Counted from the first letter of the stretch, positions 38,753 to 49,262 are shown. The stretch: DNA of 64,000 nucleotides from Spirochaetia bacterium (GCA_963677595.1 OY782041.1:2912001-2976000); one strand, 5' to 3'. Numbers and translations are program-made. Notes: generated from the letters alone by a model not told the origin.

Positions 38753-40039
38753 ATGCAGGAACCAAGACGCATTTACCACATTCCCAGGCGGTTCGTCACC
38801 GACGAGTGGGGCGGATCAGAGACCTTCATCTCGGAGATAGCGGTGCGGCAGAAAGCCGCGGGGCTCCAGCCGGAGATCCTCACGACCCTGGCCCTCAGCA
38901 CTGTGCGGGCTGAAGAGCACCGGGGAGTGCAGGTGCGGAGGTTCCCCTATTTCTATCCCTACCTGGGGCTGAAGCCTGCCCAGAAGACAGCACTCGACAA
39001 GAAGGCAGGAAACCTCTTCTCCTTCTCCCTCATGAGGGCGCTTCGGAAGGGGCCAAGGCCTGACCTGATTCATCTCCATACCGGCAAGCGGCTCGGGGGT
39101 ATCATCCGCCACTATGCCGTGAAGCGCGGCATCCCCTATATCATATCGCTGCACGGCGGCAGGCTTGCCGTACCGCAGGAGGAGCAGGAGACCTGGACCG
39201 AACCGACGAAGGGTGCCTTCGAATGGGGCAAGCTGCTCGGGATGCTCGTCGGTTCCCGACGGGTGCTGCAGGATGCGGCAGCCGTCATCTGCGTCGGCAG
39301 AGAGGAGTATGAGGCTGTCTCGAGGCAGTTCCCGGACAAGGAGGTCATCTATCTCCCGAACGGGGTGGATGTGAAGAGGTTCTCGACCGGTGACGGGGCA
39401 GCCTTCAGGAAGAAGTACGGCATCCCGTCCGACCGGTTCGTATGCCTGACCGCCGCACGGATCGATGTGCAGAAGAACCAGACGGCACTGATCGAGGCGC
39501 TCTCCGGCTGCGCGGCAGAGCTGCCGAAGCTGCATCTTCTGCTGCTCGGTGCGGTGACCACTCCCTCCTACCTGGAGGAGGTGAACCGGCTCATCGACTC
39601 TGAAGGGCTTGCTGACCGGGTGACCATCATCCCCGGCATCCCCTACCAGAGCCCTGACCTCATCGATGCCTATCATGCATCCGACTGCTTCATGCTCCCC
39701 TCGCTCCATGAACCCTTCGGCATGGTCGTGCTCGAGGCCTGGGCGGCAGGCCTGCCGACCGCGGCTTCAGCCCGGGGCGGGCTGACGGGGATCATCACCC
39801 ACGGGGAGAACGGGCTGCTCTTCGAGCCGGTACCGTCAGATGACGGGGAGCATTCTGCCGATGGGAAGTGGTTCTCCTCTATCACTGAATCCTTCCGCTA
39901 CCTCTACGGTGAACGTGAGGAGAGGATGAGGCTGGCCGAAGCCGGCAGAAGACAGGCACGGGAGGTCTACAGTTGGGATGCTGTGGCTCTCCGGCTGCTC
40001 GAGATCTATAGGGGGGTGTATGCGCGTACTCTTCCTTAA
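38753..40039 (+). CDS. Glycosyltransferase family 4
   Basis: LPNGVD, QKNQ, PSLHEPFGMVVLEAW. Confidence 0.92.
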   Translation: MQEPRRIYHIPRRFVTDEWGGSETFISEIAVRQKAAGLQPEILTTLALSTVRAEEHRGVQVRRFPYFYPYLGLKPAQKTALDKKAGNLFSFSLMRALRKGPRPDLIHLHTGKRLGGIIRHYAVKRGIPYIISLHGGRLAVPQEEQETWTEPTKGAFEWGKLLGMLVGSRRVLQDAAAVICVGREEYEAVSRQFPDKEVIYLPNGVDVKRFSTGDGAAFRKKYGIPSDRFVCLTAARIDVQKNQTALIEALSGCAAELPKLHLLLLGAVTTPSYLEEVNRLIDSEGLADRVTIIPGIPYQSPDLIDAYHASDCFMLPSLHEPFGMVVLEAWAAGLPTAASARGGLTGIITHGENGLLFEPVPSDDGEHSADGKWFSSITESFRYLYGEREERMRLAEAGRRQAREVYSWDAVALRLLEIYRGVYARTLP

Positions 40040-41180
40040 TACGACCGGGGGGTTCTTCGGTGGTGTGGAACAGAACATCTACCTTGCGGCATCCGGGCTG
40101 GCTGTGCGGGGGGTCGAGGTCTTCTTCGCCTCCTGGAACTGGTCCGGGAAGGAATTGGCGAGGTTCTCAAGCGTCTTCACAGAGGTCTACAATGTCATAG
40201 AACAACCGCTCGGGGAGATCATCGCAGCCTGCGCTCCCGATGTCATCTATATCCACAAGGTGGAGAGCGTCCGCCCGGTGATGGAAGCCGCGGGGGACAT
40301 ACCGCTGGTGCGGATGTACCATGACCACGACGTCTACTGCCCCCGCAGGCATAAGTACTATGCCCATAACCAGCACATCTGTACCCACCGTGCAGGCTGG
40401 CGGTGTTATGCCGACCTCGCCTTCCTCGAGCGGGGGCCGAACGGGCTGCGGTATGCATCGATCGGGAGGAAGCTCGCCGAGCTTCACCTGAATACCAGGA
40501 TCGGTACCGCGATTGCCGGAAGCAGCTACACGAAGGGGGAACTTATCAGGAACGGGTTCGACCCCGACCGAATCGTGGTACTCCCGCCCTGTACGGCACC
40601 GTCGGACCATGCACCGCTTCCCATGCCGGAAGACCCGTCCCTGCTCTTCGTAGGACAGCTGATCAGGGGAAAGGGGGTGGATTTCCTGCTCGAGGCCTAT
40701 AAGAAGCTGGTTGACCGTACCGGTACGGCAGTCCCCCTCCATATCGTCGGTACGGGGAACAGCTTCGATGCCCTTACCAGGATGGCAGAGGATCTCGGGA
40801 TCTCCGCCTCGGTGACGTTCCACGGCTGGGTGTCGAGCGGGGAGATCCGCCAGTTCTACCAGGAGGCATCCCTCGTGGTCGTCCCGTCACGCTGGCCGGA
40901 ACCCTTCGGGATGATCGGCCCTGAGGCCATGTTCAATGGGCGTCCGGTAGTCGCCTCCCGGGCCGGGGGTATCCCCGACTGGCTGGAGGACGGGGTGACC
41001 GGCTATCTGGTCCCACCGGGTGACACCGATGCACTCTCCCGGAAGATCGAAGAGTTGATCGATGACCCTGAACGTGCCCGTCAGTTCGGGCTGGCAGGGT
41101 TCGAACGTGCCACTGCCCGGTTCGGGTACGATGACTATATTGATTCCCTCAAGACACTGCTTGAAAGGAGTATGCTATGA
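40020..41180 (+). CDS. Glycosyltransferase family 4
   Basis: GGVEQ, FVGQLIRGKG, PSRWPEPFGMIGPEAM; start MRVLFLN. Confidence 0.92.
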   Translation: MRVLFLNTTGGFFGGVEQNIYLAASGLAVRGVEVFFASWNWSGKELARFSSVFTEVYNVIEQPLGEIIAACAPDVIYIHKVESVRPVMEAAGDIPLVRMYHDHDVYCPRRHKYYAHNQHICTHRAGWRCYADLAFLERGPNGLRYASIGRKLAELHLNTRIGTAIAGSSYTKGELIRNGFDPDRIVVLPPCTAPSDHAPLPMPEDPSLLFVGQLIRGKGVDFLLEAYKKLVDRTGTAVPLHIVGTGNSFDALTRMAEDLGISASVTFHGWVSSGEIRQFYQEASLVVVPSRWPEPFGMIGPEAMFNGRPVVASRAGGIPDWLEDGVTGYLVPPGDTDALSRKIEELIDDPERARQFGLAGFERATARFGYDDYIDSLKTLLERSML

Positions 41181-42328
41181 TCCGTATCGGGATACCGAGC
41201 TTCGGGACAGACAGAGGACGGTCCGGGATCGGCAGTTACATGCAGGAACTGATCGACCGGTTCGACCGTGATGAACTCAAAGGAGAGTTCTCCTTCGAGC
41301 TCATCGGGCCGCAGGAGGATAAGGAGCAGTATCTGGGTAAGACTCAGAACATCGGATGGTACCAGGTGGAGGGGGCTGACTCCTCCCCGATACACAACTT
41401 CTTCTGGAACCAGTTCCGGCTGCCCGGGATCTGCAGGAAGCGAGGCTATGACCTGCTCTTCCTCCCGGCTGCGAACCGGAGGCTGACGGGAAGGGCCCCG
41501 TGCCCTTCGGTCGGCACGGTCCATGACCTGGCTCCGCTCCATGTGAAGGACAAATATGACTTCATCCATACCGTCTTCAACCGGAACCTGCTACCGAGGC
41601 TGATCAGGGGCCTGGATGAGATCATCACGGTGAGCCAGTTCTCCAAGGATGATATCGTCCGGTTCTCCGGTGTGGAGGAGGAGCGTGTCCATGTGATCCA
41701 CCTTGCGGCGGATGACGCACGCTACTTACCGGCTTCTGGGGAGGACCCGGCTGCAGCCTTGGGTGAGAAGTACCACTTCGCTGCCCCCTACATCCTCTAC
41801 ATCTCGCGGATCGAGCACCCGGGGAAGAACCATGTCCAGCTGATCAGGGCCTATTCGGAGTTCCGCAGCCGGACCGGCATGCAGGTATCCCTCGTCCTGC
41901 CCGGGCCGGACAAGGAACGGGCCGAGGAGGTCCACCTGGAGGCGGAACAGTCCCCCTTCGCGGGAGATATCATCTTTCCCGGCTTTATCGATGCCGCTGA
42001 TGTCCCCGACTTCTACCGCGGGGCGAAGCTCTTCGTCATGCCATCCCGGTTCGAGGGGTTCGGGCTCCCCGTGCTGGAGGCAATGGCCTGCGGGACGCCG
42101 GTCATCACCTCCACCGAAGCATCGCTGCCCGAGGTCAGCGGGCCCCACGCCCCGAAGGTCGACCCTGATGATGTCGGGGAGCTGAGCCGCATGATGGAGG
42201 GGATCCTCACCGATGGGAAGCGGGCTCAGGAGCTCGCTGACGCAGGCCTTGCCTGGGTGAAGGGGTTCTCCTGGGAGAAGACGCTCGAAGAGACGCTTGA
42301 GGTGTTCAGGAAGAGCGTGGGGCAGTGA
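41177..42328 (+). CDS. Glycosyltransferase family 4 (mannosyltransferase-like)
   Basis: [35 protein letters not shown]. Confidence 0.92.
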   Translation: MIRIGIPSFGTDRGRSGIGSYMQELIDRFDRDELKGEFSFELIGPQEDKEQYLGKTQNIGWYQVEGADSSPIHNFFWNQFRLPGICRKRGYDLLFLPAANRRLTGRAPCPSVGTVHDLAPLHVKDKYDFIHTVFNRNLLPRLIRGLDEIITVSQFSKDDIVRFSGVEEERVHVIHLAADDARYLPASGEDPAAALGEKYHFAAPYILYISRIEHPGKNHVQLIRAYSEFRSRTGMQVSLVLPGPDKERAEEVHLEAEQSPFAGDIIFPGFIDAADVPDFYRGAKLFVMPSRFEGFGLPVLEAMACGTPVITSTEASLPEVSGPHAPKVDPDDVGELSRMMEGILTDGKRAQELADAGLAWVKGFSWEKTLEETLEVFRKSVGQ

Positions 42329-42372
42329 GCGGGTCACTTGACGAGCTGCGAGGAAACAGGGGAGTATAACGT

Positions 42373-43581
42373 ATGGATAGATATATCGTCTTATTGGACG
42401 GCCCGCTCGAAGCTAGGAACCGGCAGTTCGCCAAGGAGCTGATACGGCTCCTCTCCGGGGAAGCGACAGCCAAGGCTGTTCCGTTCTCTGAACTTCCGGC
42501 TGTGCTGGACATGGCTGCATGTGCTGACTGCCGCTACTCAGTCGTCTACGGGGACGGGGTCTTCTCCCATGAGGAGCTCTTCGGCCTGGCTGACTTCCGG
42601 GTCTTCATCGAGAGCAGCCAGCTCGATATCACGGCGGCAGAGCTGAAGGGGAGGAAGGCTTCACGGAACCTGCAGTCAGGTTCCCTCAATGCCGACATCG
42701 CGGAGATCGTGAAGGGCGATGAGGGCGGCAGTCACGGCAGTAGTGACCGGAAGGGCCAGGCCCATACGACCATCGGTCCTGATGAGATGCCTCAGGAGGC
42801 AGTCGTAGGTCTGTACCGGTACATCCTCAGGACGGACCCGGCCCTTGCCGGCAAGCGGGTTGCTGAGGAAGAACGGAAGAAGCGCATCAATGAGATGGCA
42901 AAGCGACTCGAGTCCTCCCAGCGGGGGGCACGGCTGAAGGCCCGGGTGAAGCGGGCTCTCTGGATGGCCCTCATCAAGGCGACCCTGCTCTTCAAGCGGA
43001 TCCTGGACTTCGCTGCCGCCTTCACCATCCTGCTGATCCTCTCACCCCTCCTCCTTACCGTTGCGCTGATCATCAAGGCGACCGACCGGGGGCCGGTCTT
43101 CTATACACAGACCCGTATCGGCCGGCACGGGAAGCCCTTCCCGTTCCCCAAGTTCCGGTCCATGGTGCTCGATGCCGACAAGATGAAGGATAACCTGCTC
43201 AAGGATGCCGACCGGGTCGGGGATGTGACCTTCAAGATGAAGCATGACCCCCGTGTGACGAGGATCGGCAGGTTCATCCGCCGTTTCTCCATCGATGAGA
43301 TGCCCCAGCTCTGGTGTGTCCTCAAGGGTCAGATGTCCCTCGTGGGACCACGACCGCCTGTCCCGAGGGAGGTTGCCCTCTATACCCAGGAGGACCGCAG
43401 GCGCCTCGAGGTGACTCCCGGGCTGACCGGGATCTGGCAGGTGAGCGGACGTGCCGATATCGAGTTCAAGCGGCAAGTCGAGCTGGATGTGCTCTACATC
43501 GAGAGCCACGGGTTCTGGCTCGATATCCTGCTGCTGTTCAAGACCATCCCTGCAGTCCTCACCGGACGGGGGGCGTACTGA
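42373..43581 (+). CDS. Priming polyprenyl-phosphate sugar transferase (Bac_transf) with atypical N-terminal domain
   Basis: KRILD, KFRSM, DPRVT, SIDEMPQL, MSLVGPRP, PGLTGIWQVSGR. Confidence 0.93.
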   Translation: MDRYIVLLDGPLEARNRQFAKELIRLLSGEATAKAVPFSELPAVLDMAACADCRYSVVYGDGVFSHEELFGLADFRVFIESSQLDITAAELKGRKASRNLQSGSLNADIAEIVKGDEGGSHGSSDRKGQAHTTIGPDEMPQEAVVGLYRYILRTDPALAGKRVAEEERKKRINEMAKRLESSQRGARLKARVKRALWMALIKATLLFKRILDFAAAFTILLILSPLLLTVALIIKATDRGPVFYTQTRIGRHGKPFPFPKFRSMVLDADKMKDNLLKDADRVGDVTFKMKHDPRVTRIGRFIRRFSIDEMPQLWCVLKGQMSLVGPRPPVPREVALYTQEDRRRLEVTPGLTGIWQVSGRADIEFKRQVELDVLYIESHGFWLDILLLFKTIPAVLTGRGAY

Positions 43582-44348
43582 TGGAGAGGAAACCTCTTAC
43601 CCTGGCAGGCATCCGGATCGACAACCTCATGATGGACGAGGCCCTCGATATGATATTCTCGGTCGTGGGTTCCGGCGGACCCTGCCGGGAGCTCCACTTC
43701 GTGAATGCCCACTGCATCAATGTCGCCTATACCGATGATGCGTACCGGCTGTTGTTGCAGGGAGCCGCTGCGGTCTTCGCCGACGGGTCGGGGATCAGGA
43801 AGGCCGGCGAGATGCTTGGGACTCCGATCGTGGACAACGTCAACGGGACTGACATGTTCCCGCTGCTCTGCAGGCGGTGCCTGGCAGAAGGGAAGCAGCT
43901 CTACCTCCTCGGTGCCGAACCCGGGATCGCCGAGCGTACGGCTGGCTGGGTCGAGGAGCATATCGGGGGCGGGGTCGTTGCCGGCTGCCATGACGGCTTC
44001 TTCACCGAAGAACAGGCTCCCGGGGTGATCGCCGGGATCAACGACTCAGGGGCCTCGATCCTGCTCGCGGCCATGGGGGTCCCGAGACAGGAGCTGTGGA
44101 TCCATGAGCACCTGCAGCAGCTGCAGTGTCCGGCTGCTATTGGCGTCGGCGGGCTCTTCGACTTCTTCTCCGGGAAGATCAGGCGGGCGCCGCTGTTCAT
44201 GCGGAAGCTCGGGATCGAGTGGGTCTGGCGCCTGCTCATGGAGCCTCGCCGGATGTGGAGGAGGTATGTCATTGGGAACTTCGTGTTCCTCAGGCGCATG
44301 AAGCGATTGATGAAGGCAGGGGGAGAGCCTGCCGGAGGGAGAGATTAA
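43581..44348 (+). CDS. WecB/TagA/CpsF-family glycosyltransferase (GT26)
   Basis: FADGSG, NGTD, MGVPRQE, GVGGLFDF, EWVWRLLMEPRRMWRRY; start MERKP. Confidence 0.93.
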   Translation: MERKPLTLAGIRIDNLMMDEALDMIFSVVGSGGPCRELHFVNAHCINVAYTDDAYRLLLQGAAAVFADGSGIRKAGEMLGTPIVDNVNGTDMFPLLCRRCLAEGKQLYLLGAEPGIAERTAGWVEEHIGGGVVAGCHDGFFTEEQAPGVIAGINDSGASILLAAMGVPRQELWIHEHLQQLQCPAAIGVGGLFDFFSGKIRRAPLFMRKLGIEWVWRLLMEPRRMWRRYVIGNFVFLRRMKRLMKAGGEPAGGRD

Positions 44349-45767
44349 GTGAGAGCTATATGTGACTTTACCCGGATCCCGTCGCTGACCGAGGCAGGAG
44401 AATCGTTCAGGGTCCCGTCCTGCTTCCTGCCGATCATGGGGAAACGGTTCATCCAGCACGTCATCGAGTACATCGAGCGTCTCGGCTGCAGTACCCTCGA
44501 GATCTTCATCTCCTCCTATGCCGATGAGATCGAGCAGTTCGTCGGGGACGGGGAGCGCTGGGGCACGACCGTCTCCTACCACCTGCTGAAGCGGGATGAG
44601 TCTGTCTCTGCGCGGGTCGCCCTGCTCGAAAAGCGGTGGGATGAGCAGGAGTACCTCTTCTGCAATGTCGAGCACCTTCCGGTCATCGAGGCAGAGGACC
44701 TGCAGGCTCCCTGTTCCATCACTGCTGCAGCGTCACAGGGCGGCTATGATACCGGCTGGTTCTACGGGACCCTCGCTGCCTTCACCGACCGGGACGAGGC
44801 AGCGGTCATCCCTGCCGAGACCTACAGTATATCGAGTGGGGAAGTCTACCTGGAGAGCCTGAGGAAGGCCCTGCTCGAGGGAGGCCGCGGGCTGATCTTC
44901 ATGGGGAAGCAGGCCAGGGAAGGGATCTGGCTCGGGCCGGGTACTAATGTCCACTCGAGTGCCACCCTCATCCCGCCGGTCTATATAGGCGGCAAGGTCA
45001 GTATCGGCTCTGATGCGATCGTGGGGCCGCATGTCGAACTCGGCACGGGAGCGGTCATCGATACCGACAGCTATATCACCGACTCATCGATCCTGTCGGG
45101 AAGCTACATCGGCAAGAACCTCGATATCCGCAAGTCGGTGGTCAACCAGAACCAGATCCTCAGGGCAGACCTGAAGAGTATCTACACCGCTGCAGACCAG
45201 ATCCTGCTCTCCCCGGTGGAGTTCACCGAGACGGTGAAGAGGCGGGTCTCCGTCCCGCTCCTCTCACGGTTGTTCGCCGTACTGCTTATGATCGTGACGC
45301 TGCCGCTGTATCTCATCTCCCTTATCGCAGCGGGGAGGGGGAAGACGATCACCATCGTTCCCATTCCCCAGCAGGTCGGTGCTGACTCCCTCTCCGGGCC
45401 TGCGACCCGGAAGATGCGGGTCCTCAAGGAACGGCAGGAGACCAACGGTCCGCTCTACAGGCATCTGGTCTGGCGGCTGATCCCCGGGCTGTGGAGGGTC
45501 GCGGCGGGACAGCTTCGTTTCGTCGGCATCCCATTCAAGACGGTCGAGGAGGTCGACCACCTCGACCGGGACTGGAAGGGAGTCTATCTCCAGTCGAATC
45601 CCGGCCTCATCTCAGAGGCTGATGTGCTCTACCGCGAATACCCTGATGAGTATATGCTCTTCGCCTCGGAGATGCTCTATCGTGTCAATGAGTCATGGAA
45701 GTACAACCTGAAGCTATCTTTCAGGTACCTCAGGGCGCTCTTCCGGGGCCAGGAGGACTCCCGGTAG
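44349..45767 (+). CDS. NDP-sugar-synthase-like + hexapeptide + degenerate sugar-transferase fusion
   Basis: LPIMGKRFIQHVIE...GDGERWG, PVYIGGKVSIG repeats, C-terminal PGLWRVAAGQLRFVG...PGL; the GxGxR motif is absent. Confidence 0.7.
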   Translation: MRAICDFTRIPSLTEAGESFRVPSCFLPIMGKRFIQHVIEYIERLGCSTLEIFISSYADEIEQFVGDGERWGTTVSYHLLKRDESVSARVALLEKRWDEQEYLFCNVEHLPVIEAEDLQAPCSITAAASQGGYDTGWFYGTLAAFTDRDEAAVIPAETYSISSGEVYLESLRKALLEGGRGLIFMGKQAREGIWLGPGTNVHSSATLIPPVYIGGKVSIGSDAIVGPHVELGTGAVIDTDSYITDSSILSGSYIGKNLDIRKSVVNQNQILRADLKSIYTAADQILLSPVEFTETVKRRVSVPLLSRLFAVLLMIVTLPLYLISLIAAGRGKTITIVPIPQQVGADSLSGPATRKMRVLKERQETNGPLYRHLVWRLIPGLWRVAAGQLRFVGIPFKTVEEVDHLDRDWKGVYLQSNPGLISEADVLYREYPDEYMLFASEMLYRVNESWKYNLKLSFRYLRALFRGQEDSR

Positions 45768-45776
45768 CAGCCTTGT

Positions 45777-46859
45777 TCAGTTATAGTGGTTCCAGAGCCC
45801 GACGAACCGGTTGGCTCGTTCCCTCCACGCAGCATCCTCAACTGAGGGGCTGTCGAGCAGGGAGGCAAGCTCCCGGTAGAGTCCCTCCCTCGGGTACCGC
45901 AGGGAGAGGACTCCCCGCTTCACATTCTTCACCAGGTTCCTTACCAGCTTCTTTCCCCGGTGCTGCAGCTCCTCCCGGATGAATCGGTCACGGGAGTACG
46001 CAGCCGCGTCCTTCCAGTCTCTGCCGGTCCTCTCCTGTTCGCAGTGGAGGAGCGCAGCACAGAAGAGCCCCGCGGCCTCGATGAGTAGGGGCAGCTCCGG
46101 CGGGGCTTCGGGCAGTGAACCAGGGTTGGACTTGAACTCGATGGCTGCCCCGTAGAGCTCCGCAAGCTGTCCAGACGGGAGGTCGGTCTCACTGATGCAT
46201 TCCTTCAGGACCTCCGCCCGCTCAGCCATCGGTCGCGGGTAGGCCCCGTGCGTGATCAGGAGACTGTCCCCCAGGGCGAGGAGGCACTTCTGGAGGTTCC
46301 TCCTGATAAAGTCCCCATCGGGGAGGATGAAGTGCTCATCCGCCATGCTGCGGTACTGAGCGGTGATAGCCTGCAGGAGGCCTGAGCCGCGGTTGAGCAG
46401 CAGCCTGAGGGCCTCGATCTTCGGGAGGGGGTCCATCATGCCGGGAGGCATGTTGTCCGTGAGGACCGACTGGTCCCCCGATACCACCTGGTACCCGTTG
46501 AAGAGGTCCTGCCACATCAGTTCATGGGGCAGGGAGCGTAATCCCCCCGGTGTCAGGGGACGGCCGATGTCCACATCGATACCCAGGATATGTTCATACT
46601 TCTCCGAGACTCCCAGCACCGCCTCAGGCACTGGTCCCGGTGTCTGGAGGATGATGAAGAGATCAAGGTCATTGTAGGGGGCCTCAGCCCCGTCTTTCTG
46701 AACACAGGCTCCTTCCCCGCGCCCATACCCGCCTCCGAGGACCAGGGCGACGAAGGGGGCCCCGGCAGCCTCGGCTACGTCACGGCCGAGTGCCGTGATC
46801 GAGGTGTGGAGCTGGTCGTTGAATGCCTGCGTACCCCGCTGACTATACCGTTTACTCAT
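45777..46859 (-). CDS. Pol-beta-superfamily nucleotidyltransferase-like protein
   Basis: LVLGGGYGRGEG...NDLDL...VDI motif set. Confidence 0.65.
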   Translation of the reverse strand: MSKRYSQRGTQAFNDQLHTSITALGRDVAEAAGAPFVALVLGGGYGRGEGACVQKDGAEAPYNDLDLFIILQTPGPVPEAVLGVSEKYEHILGIDVDIGRPLTPGGLRSLPHELMWQDLFNGYQVVSGDQSVLTDNMPPGMMDPLPKIEALRLLLNRGSGLLQAITAQYRSMADEHFILPDGDFIRRNLQKCLLALGDSLLITHGAYPRPMAERAEVLKECISETDLPSGQLAELYGAAIEFKSNPGSLPEAPPELPLLIEAAGLFCAALLHCEQERTGRDWKDAAAYSRDRFIREELQHRGKKLVRNLVKNVKRGVLSLRYPREGLYRELASLLDSPSVEDAAWRERANRFVGLWNHYN

Positions 46860-47715
46860 GCAGTCCCTCCTGGAAGCCCTTCCTCCTGCCGATCATCTGG
46901 TTGAAGCGGAGGGCCGGCGAGTGGAAGAACGCCTGGGCTGAACGGTGCTTGAGCGCATAGCCCCAGTCACTCTTCACCTGTCTGAGGCAGGGGAGGAGTG
47001 AGTACCGGAGCCAGGAGCGTTCCCAGCCGCTCCAGCTGAAGATCTGCGCATCCGCCTTTCCTTCCCCATAGTGCCGCTTGCGGAACTGCTTCAGGCTGTA
47101 GTTGTGCGAGTGGTAGACGGCAGAATCCCTCACATACGCGATGCCCCAGCCCCGCTGTCGTGCCCGCCATGTCCAGTCGATGTCCTCCGAATACTGGATA
47201 TCCTCCCGGAAGGGACTCTCCTCCCAGCAGGAACGTCGGATCGCAGATGAGGCCATCGAGAAGCAGTGCTTCCAGTACTGCTGCCTCGACCCGTCACCAT
47301 AGGTGTCCTCGGTGTCCTTGGCGAAGAGGGGGAGGCAGTCAGGGCGGGGCAGCTGGCGTCCGAAGACCGCTGCGGTCTTGGGATCGGAGAACCCTCCAAG
47401 GAGGTTCTCCAGCCAGTGTTCATCAGCCGGGGTGCAGTCGGAGTTCAGGAAGACGATGAACTCAGCGGCAGGGTCCGCTGCCTCGACTGCCCGGTTCAGC
47501 ACCTTCCCGGGGACGTAGGTCCCTGCCGGTACCCGGTAGACCTCGTCGGTATACTGGGAAAGGAGCTCCCGTGTGCCGTCAGTCGAATCGTTGTCGAAGG
47601 CAATGAGTGTGAAGGGGGTTGTCTGCTTTGAGACCATCCCGAGCGTCTCCCTGATCAAGGGCAGGTCGTTATGGGAACGCATCACAACCGGTACAGGTTT
47701 GGTCATGGATTCCAT
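46852..47715 (-). CDS. Glycosyltransferase family 2 (rhamnosyltransferase-like)
   Basis: DNDSTDGT, FLNSD, FGRQ.P, SED..W, VYHSH. Confidence 0.88.
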   Translation of the reverse strand: MESMTKPVPVVMRSHNDLPLIRETLGMVSKQTTPFTLIAFDNDSTDGTRELLSQYTDEVYRVPAGTYVPGKVLNRAVEAADPAAEFIVFLNSDCTPADEHWLENLLGGFSDPKTAAVFGRQLPRPDCLPLFAKDTEDTYGDGSRQQYWKHCFSMASSAIRRSCWEESPFREDIQYSEDIDWTWRARQRGWGIAYVRDSAVYHSHNYSLKQFRKRHYGEGKADAQIFSWSGWERSWLRYSLLPCLRQVKSDWGYALKHRSAQAFFHSPALRFNQMIGRRKGFQEGLHE

Positions 47716-48887
47716 CGGTCGATCTCCTCCCGCATCAGGGTATAGAGGCTGTCGAGCCGCGGGGGGTATGCGTCAAGTTCTACGTTCGTCATGAACGAGG
47801 CGGTGGAGTCGGGGTCACCTGGCTCATAGCCGTGCATCCCCGCAAGGGGGCGCTCTCCCATATGGCTCGGCACGAGCAGGATGCCCGGGTTGAGGAGGAA
47901 GAAGAGGTCCCCATACCGCTTGTCGCGGAAATCGGCACCCCAGAGGGTGAGTTCCTCATCAGTGAGGATCCTCCCGCCCTCTGCCGTCTCGAGGGCCCTT
48001 CGGATCGGTGCTTCTGACTGCTCATCGATGAACCAGAACCGCGCCATGGTGGAGTCATAGACAGCAGCGTAATCGGTGCCGAACTTCAGGCCGGTCGCCT
48101 CTATGACGGGGATCAGGTCGCAGGTCCCGGTGATGTTGGTCATGCCGTGGTCGGAGAAGAGGAAGATGCGTACCTCTTCATACTCCTCTTCTGCTGCACT
48201 GATGAGTTCCCGGAGTCGTGCGTCATACCAGCGCATCTTGGCAGAGACCTCGGGATGGGGTTTCCCGTACTGGTGGAGGGTCGCATCCATGGCTGCCATA
48301 TAGAGGTAGGCGAAGGTGCAGTCCCGTTCCGGGGAGGTGATCGCCTCCTTCAGTGCGGCAAGGTTGGTCTCCTCCGAGGCCCTCCAGTCGGAGAGGAAGA
48401 AGTCGATCCCCTTCTCCCTGGCATAATCCATGATGGTAGGGCTTCCGCTGTTGATCCCGTCCGGCTGGTAGAGGTCGCGCTTCTCGGTATAGTCGAAGAG
48501 GGGCAGGAGCCTGAAGGGCATGTTGTAGATGTTGAAGTAGCCTGAGTAGGCCAGCTGCCGTCTGAGGACCCTGCTTACCACGTTGCGGACCCGGTGCCTG
48601 CTCGCGAGTACCTTCGGTACAAGCCGCATGAGCAGGAGAAACAGGTTTCTCCTGAAGGGTGATCGTTCAGGGTCATAGGCGAAGAAGGAGAAGTGCCCGT
48701 GGTCGCGGGGCAGCAGCCCGGTGAGGATGGTGGGGTCGCAGGTGGCACTGTAACCGAAGATCGTCTCGATCGGCTCCCGGCAGGGGAGCAGGTCCGGGAG
48801 GAACTCCTCGGTCTTTAGCAGCTCCCAGCCGAGGGCATCGATGAATACCGCGATGCTGATGCCGGCTTTCTTGTTTCCTTTGGCCAT
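47703..48887 (-). CDS. Alkaline-phosphatase superfamily protein (nucleotide pyrophosphatase/phosphodiesterase-like)
   Basis: FIDALG, YS.T.DPTILTG, DATLH, FSDHGM, GMHGY metal ligands; start MAKGN. Confidence 0.85.
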   Translation of the reverse strand: MAKGNKKAGISIAVFIDALGWELLKTEEFLPDLLPCREPIETIFGYSATCDPTILTGLLPRDHGHFSFFAYDPERSPFRRNLFLLLMRLVPKVLASRHRVRNVVSRVLRRQLAYSGYFNIYNMPFRLLPLFDYTEKRDLYQPDGINSGSPTIMDYAREKGIDFFLSDWRASEETNLAALKEAITSPERDCTFAYLYMAAMDATLHQYGKPHPEVSAKMRWYDARLRELISAAEEEYEEVRIFLFSDHGMTNITGTCDLIPVIEATGLKFGTDYAAVYDSTMARFWFIDEQSEAPIRRALETAEGGRILTDEELTLWGADFRDKRYGDLFFLLNPGILLVPSHMGERPLAGMHGYEPGDPDSTASFMTNVELDAYPPRLDSLYTLMREEIDRWNP

Positions 48888-48932
48888 AGAGTCTCTCCTG
48901 GATTGCTGGTCGGTCAGGGAGGTCACCTTTCC

Positions 48933-49262
48933 CTAATCGAGTGAGTCGAGTGCCTCATCCCGTGTGCCGTATATATCGAGGATCTGGTGGAGCCTGACCA
49001 TCTCGAAGAGGATCCGCACCGGCTTGTTGATGCCGCAGAGCTTCAGGTCCCCTCCGTTCTTCTGCAGGCGCTTGATGCAGAAGAGGAAGGCACCGAGGCC
49101 GGAACTGTCGATGAAGGTCAGGCTGCTCAGATCCAGGACGATATGCCGGCCCTTGTCGAGATAGGGCTCTATATCGGCCTTGAACTGCTTCACGTTATTG
49201 ACGTTGAGGGTCGTCAGGCTCAGCTCTATGATGATCGCCCGGGGGTCTTCGATGACTTGCAT
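48933..49262 (-). CDS. STAS-domain anti-sigma factor antagonist
   Basis: VLDLSSLTFIDSSGLG phosphoacceptor motif; start MQVIED after GAGGAG. Confidence 0.92.
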   Translation of the reverse strand: MQVIEDPRAIIIELSLTTLNVNNVKQFKADIEPYLDKGRHIVLDLSSLTFIDSSGLGAFLFCIKRLQKNGGDLKLCGINKPVRILFEMVRLHQILDIYGTRDEALDSLD

